The notes beneath the pieces are model-generated. The model saw nothing but the letters and a program-made list of their open reading frames with translations. It did not search any database and was not told the DNA's origin. The translations under genes were made by a program, and so were the position numbers. Source: a virus (Duplodnaviria; Caudoviricetes). Taken from it: 34,050 bases of DNA. The DNA lies in the IMG/VR virus record IMGVR_UViG_3300049140_000091, positions 1-34,050 of that record; one strand, written 5' to 3'. Of the stretch, positions 23,514-31,604 are shown in pieces (positions within the stretch are counted from its first letter, which is position 1; the number at the start of each line of letters is the position of its first letter).

Positions 23514-24284
23514 TCAGGCCGTGACGGTGACGGCGCAGGTGTCGGTCTCGCCGAGGTAGGAGGCGGTGACCGTGGAAGAGCCGGCCGCGACGCCGGTGAC
23601 GAACCCGGCGCTGACGGTGGCCTTGGTCGGGTCCGAAGAGGACCAGGACGCCTCGGCGGTCACGTCGGCGGTGCTCGCGTCGGAGTAGGTGGCGGTCGCG
23701 GCCAGGGCGCCGATCTCCCCGTCGGCCACGCTCAGGGTGGAGGGGGTGACCGAGATGGACTCCAGGATGGGGGTGGCCTGGCGGTGGAACAGCACCCCCG
23801 CGCTGGTCGGGAAGATCGTCGCCGCGATGGTCGCCGACTCGAGGTCGGTTTCGTTCTCACCGTGGTCGCCGTCCAGGGAGCACTCGGCGTACTGGGCAGT
23901 GATCAGGCGGCGGACCTTCTCACCCTCCCGCGTCTCGAACGCCACGAGCACGCGCTCCGGCTTGGGCACCTTGATCTGCGTATCGGTGGACCCGGGCCAC
24001 ACCAGTTTGCGAGTCCACTCGTTGTCCTCGAGCGTGGTGAAGCTCTTGGTCAGCTTGAAGTGATTGCGGCTGGTACGGACGATGATGCCGCCCCAGGCGA
24101 ACTTGTCGTCCGTGTCCTCGTCCCTGCTCTCGGGGAAACCCTCGTCCCCGTCGAGCAGGCCGATCAGCTTCCAGTCCGACGAGAACGCCGTCTCGGCGTT
24201 CGCGGGAAGGGTCGCCGCCAGGTTCCAGGACACGTACACATCGGCGTCGGTCCAGAGGTTCGCGTTTGTCGGGTCGCCGGCCAC
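23514..24284 (-). CDS. Major tail protein with C-terminal Ig-like (Big_2) domain
   Basis: LWTDADVY...GLLDGDEG...AWGG tube domain; SISVTPS...WSSSDPTKATVS.G.VTGVAAGSSTVTA Ig-like tail; GAGGAGG RBS. Confidence 0.88.
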   Translation of the reverse strand: MAGDPTNANLWTDADVYVSWNLAATLPANAETAFSSDWKLIGLLDGDEGFPESRDEDTDDKFAWGGIIVRTSRNHFKLTKSFTTLEDNEWTRKLVWPGSTDTQIKVPKPERVLVAFETREGEKVRRLITAQYAECSLDGDHGENETDLESATIAATIFPTSAGVLFHRQATPILESISVTPSTLSVADGEIGALAATATYSDASTADVTAEASWSSSDPTKATVSAGFVTGVAAGSSTVTASYLGETDTCAVTVTA

Positions 24285-24426
24285 GGCGCCCTCCTCTCAT
24301 GTAGCAGGTCAGCAGGGAGCCGCGGTTCAAAAAGCGGGGCCCGCCGCCCAGCGCTGCGCGCGCACCGGGTCTCAGCCGGAGGAGGCTCTCTGCCCCATCG
24401 CCGGACGGCGGGTGTCTAGTGGTGTG

Positions 24427-24846
24427 TCAGCCCAGTCGGGGCTTGACGTTGGCGAGCACGGTGAACGTGCTCAGCGGGTAGCCGGAGACGTCGTCCACGG
24501 CGGCGATCGGGCCGGTGGCCGGGCGGACACCGCGGATGACCGGGCCGGAGTGCACCATCAGCAGCCCTTGGCAGAGCATCGCGAGGTCGTGCGCCTGGTC
24601 GTCGTCCGCGTGCCACACCGTCACCCGCAGCGTGACGCGGGCGTTGGCCATGGACGAGTGCGGACTGTCGCCGTCCTTGCGGACCATGACGTACGGCGGG
24701 GGTTCCAGCTCAGGCGCCCGGCCCTCGGGGACCTTCGTGCCCACCGTGACGTCCTGCACGAAGGCCTCGAGCCGCCCGGCGAGGGCGGTCCGCAGGACGG
24801 TGGCTCCGGCGGCCTGCGCGTCGTCGAAAACCGTGAGGGTCTTCAT
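24427..24846 (-). CDS. Tail terminator-like protein (139 aa)
   Basis: ATGA overlap; PYVMVRKDG...LRVTVW motif; immediately before the major tail gene. Confidence 0.75.
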   Translation of the reverse strand: MKTLTVFDDAQAAGATVLRTALAGRLEAFVQDVTVGTKVPEGRAPELEPPPYVMVRKDGDSPHSSMANARVTLRVTVWHADDDQAHDLAMLCQGLLMVHSGPVIRGVRPATGPIAAVDDVSGYPLSTFTVLANVKPRLG

Positions 24847-25124
24847 CGTTGCCAGGCCTTCACCTCGAGGCCGGACGCTGCGGCGGCGCGGGTGAGGATG
24901 CCGTCGCGAGCCTGCCACGCCATGGCCCGCACGTCCTGGACGGTGACCGAGGCGGCACCTCGGTCGGTGGTGTAGCCCTTGACCGAGACGATCACGTCGG
25001 AGGGCACGTTGCCCCGGACGCGTCCGGCGATCTCCTCGGCGAGGCCGTCGACGACCTGGCGCACCTCGGGTCCCTTGAGGACCTCCCGCACGCCGGCCGC
25101 GTCGAGCCGGAAATCCTGCAGCAT
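24843..25124 (-). CDS. Neck/tail-completion protein (93 aa)
   Basis: FRLDAAGVREVLKGPEV...DR...GILTRA; position in the neck module; GGAGG RBS. Confidence 0.72.
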   Translation of the reverse strand: MLQDFRLDAAGVREVLKGPEVRQVVDGLAEEIAGRVRGNVPSDVIVSVKGYTTDRGAASVTVQDVRAMAWQARDGILTRAAAASGLEVKAWQR

Positions 25125-25134
25125 GCACGGCCTC

Positions 25135-25482
25135 CTATCCGGTGGCGCGGACCATGGTGAACTCGATGTGGTGGCCGCCCCCGGTGAGCGGGTCCGGCCA
25201 CGCGGCGACTTCGCCCTGGACCTCGAGGAGCATGCCGTTCCACTCGATGCGGTCGGCGGCGGTGATGTCCGGGCGGGTGCCCTCCTCGGACTGCACCCGC
25301 CACCCGGTCACTACCGCCGTACGCGTGGCATCGGCGCTCTCGGTCTGGCTGGTGGGCTGGATGTTCAGCTGCCCGACCGTCAGCCGCGACACCGCGCCGG
25401 CGCTCCAGTTCCTGACCGTGTTGCCGCCCCGGTCCGTGCGGGTGCCCGCGCGCACGCGGACGACCGAGTCGAAGAAGAACAC
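25135..25482 (-). CDS. Head-to-tail stopper (115 aa)
   Basis: TDRGGN...W, DITAADRIEWNG...VQGE...W...HH motifs; RBS before the GTG at 25482. Confidence 0.78.
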   Translation of the reverse strand: MFFFDSVVRVRAGTRTDRGGNTVRNWSAGAVSRLTVGQLNIQPTSQTESADATRTAVVTGWRVQSEEGTRPDITAADRIEWNGMLLEVQGEVAAWPDPLTGGGHHIEFTMVRATG

Positions 25483-25496
25483 CGGTGCCCCCTTCC

Positions 25497-26051
25497 TCAC
25501 ACGTCGGAGGACGCACGGACCGCGTGCCGGGCGACGCACTTCGTCCAGGCCTCGGTCGACCCCGAGGCGGCCTGCGCGCCGAACGTCACCGACTGCCCGC
25601 CGACCGCCTTGGACTGGACTCCGACGGGGATCGTGAACGCGGCCTCGGCCCGCTCAGTGACCACCTCGGCGACGTCCTCGGGGCGTTCGGCTGAGCCGTG
25701 GCTGTAGACCACCTGCAGGCAGCGCAGCTTGTTGGGCCACACCCTGCATCCGAGGCGCCGCAGGATGCCTGCCTCCGACCAGTCGTAGTCGGTGCCCTCG
25801 ACGAGGGTGACGCCCTCGAGGACCACCGTCGTCACCGCGACAGTGGGCCACACCGGCAGCAGCAGCGACTCGCGCCCGTTGCCGTCCAGCGTCACCGACT
25901 CGTCCTCGGTGACCGGATAGACCTGGTGCCCGACCTGCCCGCGGAAGCGGCGCGACGCGGCCCGCAGCGCGAACAGCAGCTTCGGGTCGTCCTCCGACCG
26001 GCCGAGCTTCACCGCCAGCTCGGCCGGGTCGGCGAGGAACGTCTCAGCCAC
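25497..26051 (-). CDS. Head-to-tail adaptor
   Basis: LADPAEL...AASRRFR...LDGNG...YSHG...P.DV...QSKAVGGQSVTF; position after the capsid accessory genes. Confidence 0.78.
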   Translation of the reverse strand: MAETFLADPAELAVKLGRSEDDPKLLFALRAASRRFRGQVGHQVYPVTEDESVTLDGNGRESLLLPVWPTVAVTTVVLEGVTLVEGTDYDWSEAGILRRLGCRVWPNKLRCLQVVYSHGSAERPEDVAEVVTERAEAAFTIPVGVQSKAVGGQSVTFGAQAASGSTEAWTKCVARHAVRASSDV

Positions 26052-26673
26052 CGCTCTCGGCCTTGTTGGCCGCCGCCGTACGGGCCTTGTTCGCGGACGC
26101 CGTCTGCTTCTTGGCGGTCGTCTTCTTCGCCGGCGCCCGGGCGGGCGCCTTGGCGGCCGGGGGATCCCCGGCGTCGGACGGTTCGGCGGCCGCCTGGCCG
26201 TCGCCGGTCTCGCTCACCGCTTCCTCCTTCTGATCGCCCGGATCCGCCGCAGCCTGCGCGTCTCCCGACGACGGGCTGTCACCGCCGGAGTCCGCAGCCG
26301 GCTGCACCGGCTCCGCCCCCGCGCCGGCATCAGCAGCGGCCACGGTCTGGGGGGCGGCGGAGTCGTCAGCAGAGCCATCGCCGTCACCGCCTCCGTCGGT
26401 CTCGCCGACCGGCTCGACGACCGGGATGCTCGACGCCGCCCCAACGACGTCGCCCGCCCCTACGCCGAGCCGCTTGGCGTCCGCGTCGTTCAGCTTCATC
26501 ACGGTCTCCACACCGCCGCGCTTGACCCGGTACTTCTTCAGCGGACCGCTCACCGCGGCCACCTCCTCGATGCGTTGGTCCACCGGCACCACATCGGAGG
26601 GCGGCCCGCACGTCGCATCCTTCGCTCCGCACGGGCACCGCCCTCCGGCGTTGCGGTGGGTGAACAGCGTCAC
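26044..26673 (-). CDS. Hypothetical protein, largely low-complexity acidic with a basic tail
   Basis: GTGA overlap with the upstream gene; alternative in-frame GTG at 26553 with GAGGAGG. Confidence 0.65.
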   Translation of the reverse strand: MTLFTHRNAGGRCPCGAKDATCGPPSDVVPVDQRIEEVAAVSGPLKKYRVKRGGVETVMKLNDADAKRLGVGAGDVVGAASSIPVVEPVGETDGGGDGDGSADDSAAPQTVAAADAGAGAEPVQPAADSGGDSPSSGDAQAAADPGDQKEEAVSETGDGQAAAEPSDAGDPPAAKAPARAPAKKTTAKKQTASANKARTAAANKAESGG

Positions 26674-26882
26674 GACGCCAGTTGGCCAGACGTCCGCATG
26701 GCCGCGAGCAGCGCGTTCAGCTTGGTGCGCAGCGCGTTGCAGTCGGCCAGGAGCGCGTCGAACTCCGCCTTCGTCGGGGTCGCGCCGGCGGCCGCCGAAG
26801 CGGTCGCGGCTGCGGCGTTGGTGACGGCGGCGGTCTGCTTGCCCTCGCGGGCCCTGCCCCCTGCGGGGTCGAGGTACGCCAT
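26670..26882 (-). CDS. Small capsid decoration/head-fibre-like protein (70 aa)
   Basis: Directly after the capsid gene; PTKAEFDALLAD...LNALLAAMRTSG coiled-coil motif; AGGAGG RBS. Confidence 0.7.
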   Translation of the reverse strand: MAYLDPAGGRAREGKQTAAVTNAAAATASAAAGATPTKAEFDALLADCNALRTKLNALLAAMRTSGQLAS

Positions 26883-26897
26883 GGGTTCAGCCTCCTA

Positions 26898-28226
26898 TCA
26901 GGCGGTCAGGTCGATCTCGACGAACGCGGACGGCTGGATGACACCGAACGCGGCGCGCATCTCGGCGAGGATCGCGACGAGGTTGCGGACGAAGAAGTCC
27001 AGGTGGGAGTCGGTGACCTGGATGGTGGCCTGCTCCCGGTCCCACAGGACGGCCTTGCGGAAGTCGCCGACGTAGCCGGTGCCGGCCGGGACGGCCTCGG
27101 TCTCGATGACCGGCAGGCTCCACAGCGGCTGGGCCATGCCCGCGCCGGACGGGCCGCCGAAGTAGTAGCGGGCCTCGTTGTCCTGCAGGAGGTCCAGGGT
27201 CTCGAGGTCGGCCGGGTTAAACAGGTAGGCGTTGGCGAAGGACCGGCCCACCGTGCGGACCTTGGTCTTGGCCTTACGGGTCGTCGTGAGCAGGTCGGTG
27301 TCCCAGGCCTGCGACTGGACGCCGGACACGGTGGCCAGGCCCTCGAAGTTCTCGCCCGTGTTGTCGCCCTGGATCATCTGATCCTCGAGCTCCTCCTCCA
27401 GCCCGTACAGGAGGAAGGCGTCGATGAGGGTGCGGATCTGGGCGGCGTCGGACAGGGCCCGCTTGGTGGCCGGCATCCAGTGCGCGATCGTCTTGACCGC
27501 TGCGGTGATCTTCGCCAGCGCGAGACCGGACTCCGGCTTGTAGCCGCCGCCCGCCGCGTTCACCAGGGCGCCCGCGCTCTCCGGCGCGGTCGGCGCGGCC
27601 GCGGTCGTCGCCTCGGCCACGGGCGCGGCGTTGTTCGTCACCGAGGTGACGCGCACGTACTCCACCGTGTCCGAGGTCGTGGTGCCGGGGGTGACGACGT
27701 CCCGCAGCCGCAGAGGCCGCTGGAACACGTCCAGCCCGACGGCCAGGCCGCGGTAGTCGTTCTGGACGAGGGCGCCGCCGGAGGTGTCGGAGCCGCCGGT
27801 GACCAGCGACTTGAAGCCCACCATCTCCGACTGCACACGCTGGCTCTTCGCGAACTGCCCGTTCGGCGCCTGAGCCATCAGGCCCTTGTACTCGGCCGAC
27901 TCGGTGAACTGCGTACCGAGGGACTTGGCCTTGTCCGGCAGGTGGAACCCGGACGCGGTCTGCCGGTGCCCGTTCTCGTCGGTCTTGGCGTTCAGGGCGA
28001 TGTCGTCGCCGAGAGCGGCGAGTGTGTCCTTGAGCTCCTGATTGCCCTTGAGCTCCTCGATCGCGGCCTTGGCCGCGGTCGCCTTGGACATGTGCTCGCG
28101 CAGTTGCGCGGACTCGTCCGCGGTGAAGTTGCGGTCACCGTCCTTCTCAGCCTTCTCGGTGATCTCCCGCGCCTTGAGCAGGTGGTGCTTCGCCTCTTCG
28201 ATCAGTTCCTTGATCGTCTTGGCCAT
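26898..28226 (-). CDS. Major capsid protein, HK97 fold with N-terminal delta domain (442 aa)
   Basis: GAGGAG RBS; coiled-coil N-terminus; SGGALV, KPES, VKTIAHW, GDF...WDRE and FVRNLVAILAEMR motifs. Confidence 0.93.
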   Translation of the reverse strand: MAKTIKELIEEAKHHLLKAREITEKAEKDGDRNFTADESAQLREHMSKATAAKAAIEELKGNQELKDTLAALGDDIALNAKTDENGHRQTASGFHLPDKAKSLGTQFTESAEYKGLMAQAPNGQFAKSQRVQSEMVGFKSLVTGGSDTSGGALVQNDYRGLAVGLDVFQRPLRLRDVVTPGTTTSDTVEYVRVTSVTNNAAPVAEATTAAAPTAPESAGALVNAAGGGYKPESGLALAKITAAVKTIAHWMPATKRALSDAAQIRTLIDAFLLYGLEEELEDQMIQGDNTGENFEGLATVSGVQSQAWDTDLLTTTRKAKTKVRTVGRSFANAYLFNPADLETLDLLQDNEARYYFGGPSGAGMAQPLWSLPVIETEAVPAGTGYVGDFRKAVLWDREQATIQVTDSHLDFFVRNLVAILAEMRAAFGVIQPSAFVEIDLTA

Positions 28227-28233
28227 TGTCTCC

Positions 28234-29133
28234 TCATTCCGTGAGCGAGACCTCGAGCTCCAGGAGCTCGAGGTCGGAACGCAGACGGAGGGAGTCGGCA
28301 CCGGCCTTGGCGGCATCCTCGGAGGATGCTTCGCGGGGGTCCGGCGTGGTCTCGTCCTCGGTCGTGCTGGGGGTGGTCTCCGGGGTCGCCTTGGCGGGCG
28401 CGGGCTCCTGGGGCTGGGCGGGCGGTGTGGTGCCGCTGGCCGCCGCAGAGCCGGGCTGGCCGGTCTCCTCGGGGGTGTTCTTCGGGGCGGCCGGGTGCCG
28501 GGCCTTCTCAGGCTCGGCGGCGGCCAGGACCTCACCGATGGCGTTGTACGCCGAGGTGAGGGAGTCGAAATTCTTCTGGGACAGGACGCGGCCGGCCTTC
28601 GCGCCGACGGCGAGGCTCTGGGCCTTCGCGGCGAGCAGCTCGGTCTCGCGGTTCACGCCGAGCAGGCACGGGCCGACCTCGTGAAGGTCGAGCTGGCGGA
28701 GCTCGTAGTAACCGCCCCATCGGTGGTCGTCGTCCTTCACCCACGCCCCGCCCCCGTTGGGGACGTCGTAGGCGAAGCTGAACTGGGTGACCCTCCGGCC
28801 CTTCAACAGGCGGTATACCTGGGCGGCGGTCTCGTTCTCCTCGAGGTCGTCGATCTGCCCGGTGACCTCCAAGCCCTGCAGGGTCTCGGTGGCCTTGACG
28901 ACGTGGCCGATGTGGGCGAACGGGTCGGACCACTGGTGGGCCCAGATGACGGGGACGTCGTCGCCCTTGGCCGCCCAGTCGGCGAGAGTCTGGGTGAACG
29001 CGCCCGGCCGTACGACGTCGCCGTAGGTGTCCTCGTTGTTGAACACGCTGACGAGGGCGATGAACTGCCCCTCGGCCAGGCCGTCGGCGACGCCCGCCGC
29101 CTTGACCTTGGCGGTCACTTCCATCGTGCGCAC
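28234..29133 (-). CDS. HK97-family prohead protease (299 aa)
   Basis: SVFNNEDTYGDVVRPGAF, WAH (His), FSFAY (Ser), LHEVGPCLLGVN; AAGGAG RBS; long low-complexity C-terminus. Confidence 0.9.
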   Translation of the reverse strand: MRTMEVTAKVKAAGVADGLAEGQFIALVSVFNNEDTYGDVVRPGAFTQTLADWAAKGDDVPVIWAHQWSDPFAHIGHVVKATETLQGLEVTGQIDDLEENETAAQVYRLLKGRRVTQFSFAYDVPNGGGAWVKDDDHRWGGYYELRQLDLHEVGPCLLGVNRETELLAAKAQSLAVGAKAGRVLSQKNFDSLTSAYNAIGEVLAAAEPEKARHPAAPKNTPEETGQPGSAAASGTTPPAQPQEPAPAKATPETTPSTTEDETTPDPREASSEDAAKAGADSLRLRSDLELLELEVSLTE

Positions 29134-29134
29134 G

Positions 29135-29407
29135 TCAGTGCTCCTTCCTCGTGAGAGCCGCGCGCAAGGTCGCCTCAGCTCGCCGGTAACCGGTCTCGTC
29201 GTCGCGGTTCGTGAAGGAGAAGGGCTCACCCTCGCCGGCGGCGATCAGCTGCCATCCGGTGATCTCGCCGTCCTCCTCCTGGTACAGGGCGAGGGCCAGA
29301 CCGCGCGGGTGGAACACGACGCGGTTGATCAGCCACAGCAGACCGGAGCCGCGGAGCTCGCTCAGGGGCTGCAGCCCCTCGTTCGCCTGAAGGCCACCGG
29401 AGTCCAC
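29135..29407 (-). CDS. Hypothetical protein (90 aa) between portal and protease
   Basis: AAGGAGG RBS before the GTG at 29407; GLLWLINRVVFHPRGLALAL motif. Confidence 0.72.
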   Translation of the reverse strand: MDSGGLQANEGLQPLSELRGSGLLWLINRVVFHPRGLALALYQEEDGEITGWQLIAAGEGEPFSFTNRDDETGYRRAEATLRAALTRKEH

Positions 29408-29408
29408 G

Positions 29409-31361
29409 TCAGTCCTCCTTCTGCTTGGCGTAGTCGAGGCTGCAGTTGCAGTTGACGAGCTCCTTCGTCTCGCCCTTGCCGTCCCCGGGCCAGCGCAGGC
29501 CGTTGGAGAACACGTCATCCAGCGAGACCTGCTCGCCGTTCTGCGCCTTGTGCGAGGCGCGCGGGTTGGTGCCGCCGGTGCGCCAGATCTTCTTCGTCAG
29601 CCCGCTCGCGCCGGCCGCGTCGTGCCCGCCGAAGCTGCGGAGCTCGGTGGAGGCGGTCAGGGCCCGTGCAGCGGCCGCGGTGCCCCACGCGCCCGCGGCC
29701 GACTGCAGGGCCTCCCGCCAGCCGTCGCCGCCCTCCTCCTGCACCGTGGCGACGGCCTCTCTCCCGGCCTCCTCGTGCTGTGCCGCATGCGTCTCAGAAG
29801 CAGCGAGGATCCAGGCGAGCATCACATCGGCCGACCAGTCCTCGGCCTCCGGGTTGTGGACGTCCAGGACTTCCCACGCGCCGACCTGCGCGAGCCGGAA
29901 CCCGTGGTGGGCGAGGAGCGCCTGCAGCTGCGCGATCCGGTCCTCCGACCCTTGCGCCCAGAGCGCGAGCAGGTCCGGCATCCCGTCCGTGTCAGCCTTC
30001 GCGCCGGCCGCCGTCAGCAGCGCGTCGGCCTGCCGCTCGGTGAAGCGGACGAGGGTCTTCTCGAGGGCGTCCCGTTCGGATGCGAAGCTGCCGATGGTCG
30101 AGGGCCTGCCGCTTGCCTTCGTACGCGGCAGGCCGCGCGCCTTGGGCGCCGCGTCTCCCGGCTCGGGGGCGGTGTCCCGGGGACTGGCCAGGCCGCCCTC
30201 GGTGACGTTCATCGGGACGATCAGCTCGTCCCCGCCCTCGACAGCCGGCAGGTTGTTCCGCGCCCGGATCTCGTTGCGTGTCATCCACGGCCCGCCCGTC
30301 GCGGTCGACGCGGCGGCGGCCTGCGACTCGAAGTCGCCGCGCATCTTCGCCTCGACGTTGAACTCGCAGTACACGTCCCGGTTGTCGCCCGGGAGGTCGG
30401 GAAGGATCTGCGCCTCGAACTCCTGCGGCGTGCTCACCGTCCAGGGGCCGAGCGTGTCCTGGTACAGGTGGGCGTGCTGCTCCTTGATGTTGCTGTAGGT
30501 GGCGTGGTCGAGGATCCCGATCAGCGGCGGCGGGATGAAGTACGCGGCCGCGCACTCCTCGCGCGTCAGCTTGCGCGCCTCGATGTACTGGGCCTGCTCG
30601 GGGTTGAAGCCGACCGGCTTGTAGTCCATGCCGTCCTCGAGGATCGGCGTGCCGCCCTCGGCGCCGCCGCCGGAGGAGAACGTCCGCCACATCTCGCGGA
30701 AGCGCGCCTTGTCCTTCCCGTCCCAGTCCGGTGCGTCGGCCGGCCGGACGAGGACACCGGTCAGGCGGGCCCCGCCTTTCCACATGGCCTTGCGCTGCTT
30801 GGTCGCCTCGGCCGACTCCAGGATCAGATCCCGCAGAGCCTCGATCGGGGACTCGCCGTAGGTCAGGTCGGTCGGCGAGTAGCCGTGGATATGGACCACC
30901 TCGTCCACCCCGAACTCCCTGCCGCCCGCTGTCTCGTAGTGGTCAGGGCGGATCCAGTTCCCGCCGTACGGGCGGATCAGCGTGGGCGGCACGGGCAGGA
31001 TCCGCAGCCTGCCGTCGAGCTTCAGCTTGATCCCGTACCAGTTGTCGTAGAGGCAGAGGTCGGACACGAGCCGCTCGATGAACCGGTACTGCGTCATACC
31101 CGGCAGCGGCTCGGCAAGCAGCTGGGCGAGGGGGTGGTCGCGCAGCCGCTCGCGGTCGGTGTCGCTCACCCGCCGGAAGACGTGGACGCCGAGCTGGGCA
31201 ATGTTCCTGGCGATGAACCCGATGACGGTGCGGACCTGGGGCTGGGTGCGCCAGATCGTCTCGTACTCCCACGGCGCGGCCCGCAGCGACATCGCCGCGT
31301 ACGTGGGGAGGACCCCGGCTCCGGTGGTGGAGAGTTCACCGGAGCTGACCACGAACGCCAT
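29409..31361 (-). CDS. Portal protein (HK97 family) fused to a MuF-like head-morphogenesis domain
   Basis: Portal motifs HPLAQLLAEP, EVVHI, G.SPI, ILEDGM, MTRNEIRARNNLP...GGDEL; C-terminal KIW...R.SH...NG...LRWPGD...VNCNC. Confidence 0.9.
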   Translation of the reverse strand: MAFVVSSGELSTTGAGVLPTYAAMSLRAAPWEYETIWRTQPQVRTVIGFIARNIAQLGVHVFRRVSDTDRERLRDHPLAQLLAEPLPGMTQYRFIERLVSDLCLYDNWYGIKLKLDGRLRILPVPPTLIRPYGGNWIRPDHYETAGGREFGVDEVVHIHGYSPTDLTYGESPIEALRDLILESAEATKQRKAMWKGGARLTGVLVRPADAPDWDGKDKARFREMWRTFSSGGGAEGGTPILEDGMDYKPVGFNPEQAQYIEARKLTREECAAAYFIPPPLIGILDHATYSNIKEQHAHLYQDTLGPWTVSTPQEFEAQILPDLPGDNRDVYCEFNVEAKMRGDFESQAAAASTATGGPWMTRNEIRARNNLPAVEGGDELIVPMNVTEGGLASPRDTAPEPGDAAPKARGLPRTKASGRPSTIGSFASERDALEKTLVRFTERQADALLTAAGAKADTDGMPDLLALWAQGSEDRIAQLQALLAHHGFRLAQVGAWEVLDVHNPEAEDWSADVMLAWILAASETHAAQHEEAGREAVATVQEEGGDGWREALQSAAGAWGTAAAARALTASTELRSFGGHDAAGASGLTKKIWRTGGTNPRASHKAQNGEQVSLDDVFSNGLRWPGDGKGETKELVNCNCSLDYAKQKED

Positions 31362-31582
31362 CAGTCACCCCCGCCCGCGAGGACCTGGGTGAACTCCACC
31401 TTCGACCGCTCGACGACGACCTCGCCGTCGACGGGCTGCGCGGGGCGGCCGGCCTCGAGGAGTTCCGCGTTGCGCAGGATCAGGAGCGGGCCGCGCTTGG
31501 CCCACAGGATCCCGGTGAACGCCTTGTCGGCGAGGTTGACGACGACCCTCTTACGCACCGCTGTACGGCGCCACGCGAACAC
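31361..31582 (-). CDS. Small beta-rich (Sm/SH3-like) hypothetical protein
   Basis: RVVVNL...FTGILW...LILRNAEL...VDGEVVVERSKVEFTQ; GGGAGG RBS; coupled to the portal. Confidence 0.72.
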   Translation of the reverse strand: MFAWRRTAVRKRVVVNLADKAFTGILWAKRGPLLILRNAELLEAGRPAQPVDGEVVVERSKVEFTQVLAGGGD

Positions 31583-31604
31583 AGCAGCCTCCCGCTTCCG
31601 GCCG

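Noticed and set aside
26898-28535. Extended N-termini given by the ORF track for capsid, protease and several tail genes
   Set aside because: The extensions overlap upstream genes. Downstream starts with clear RBS or stop-start coupling were used instead.
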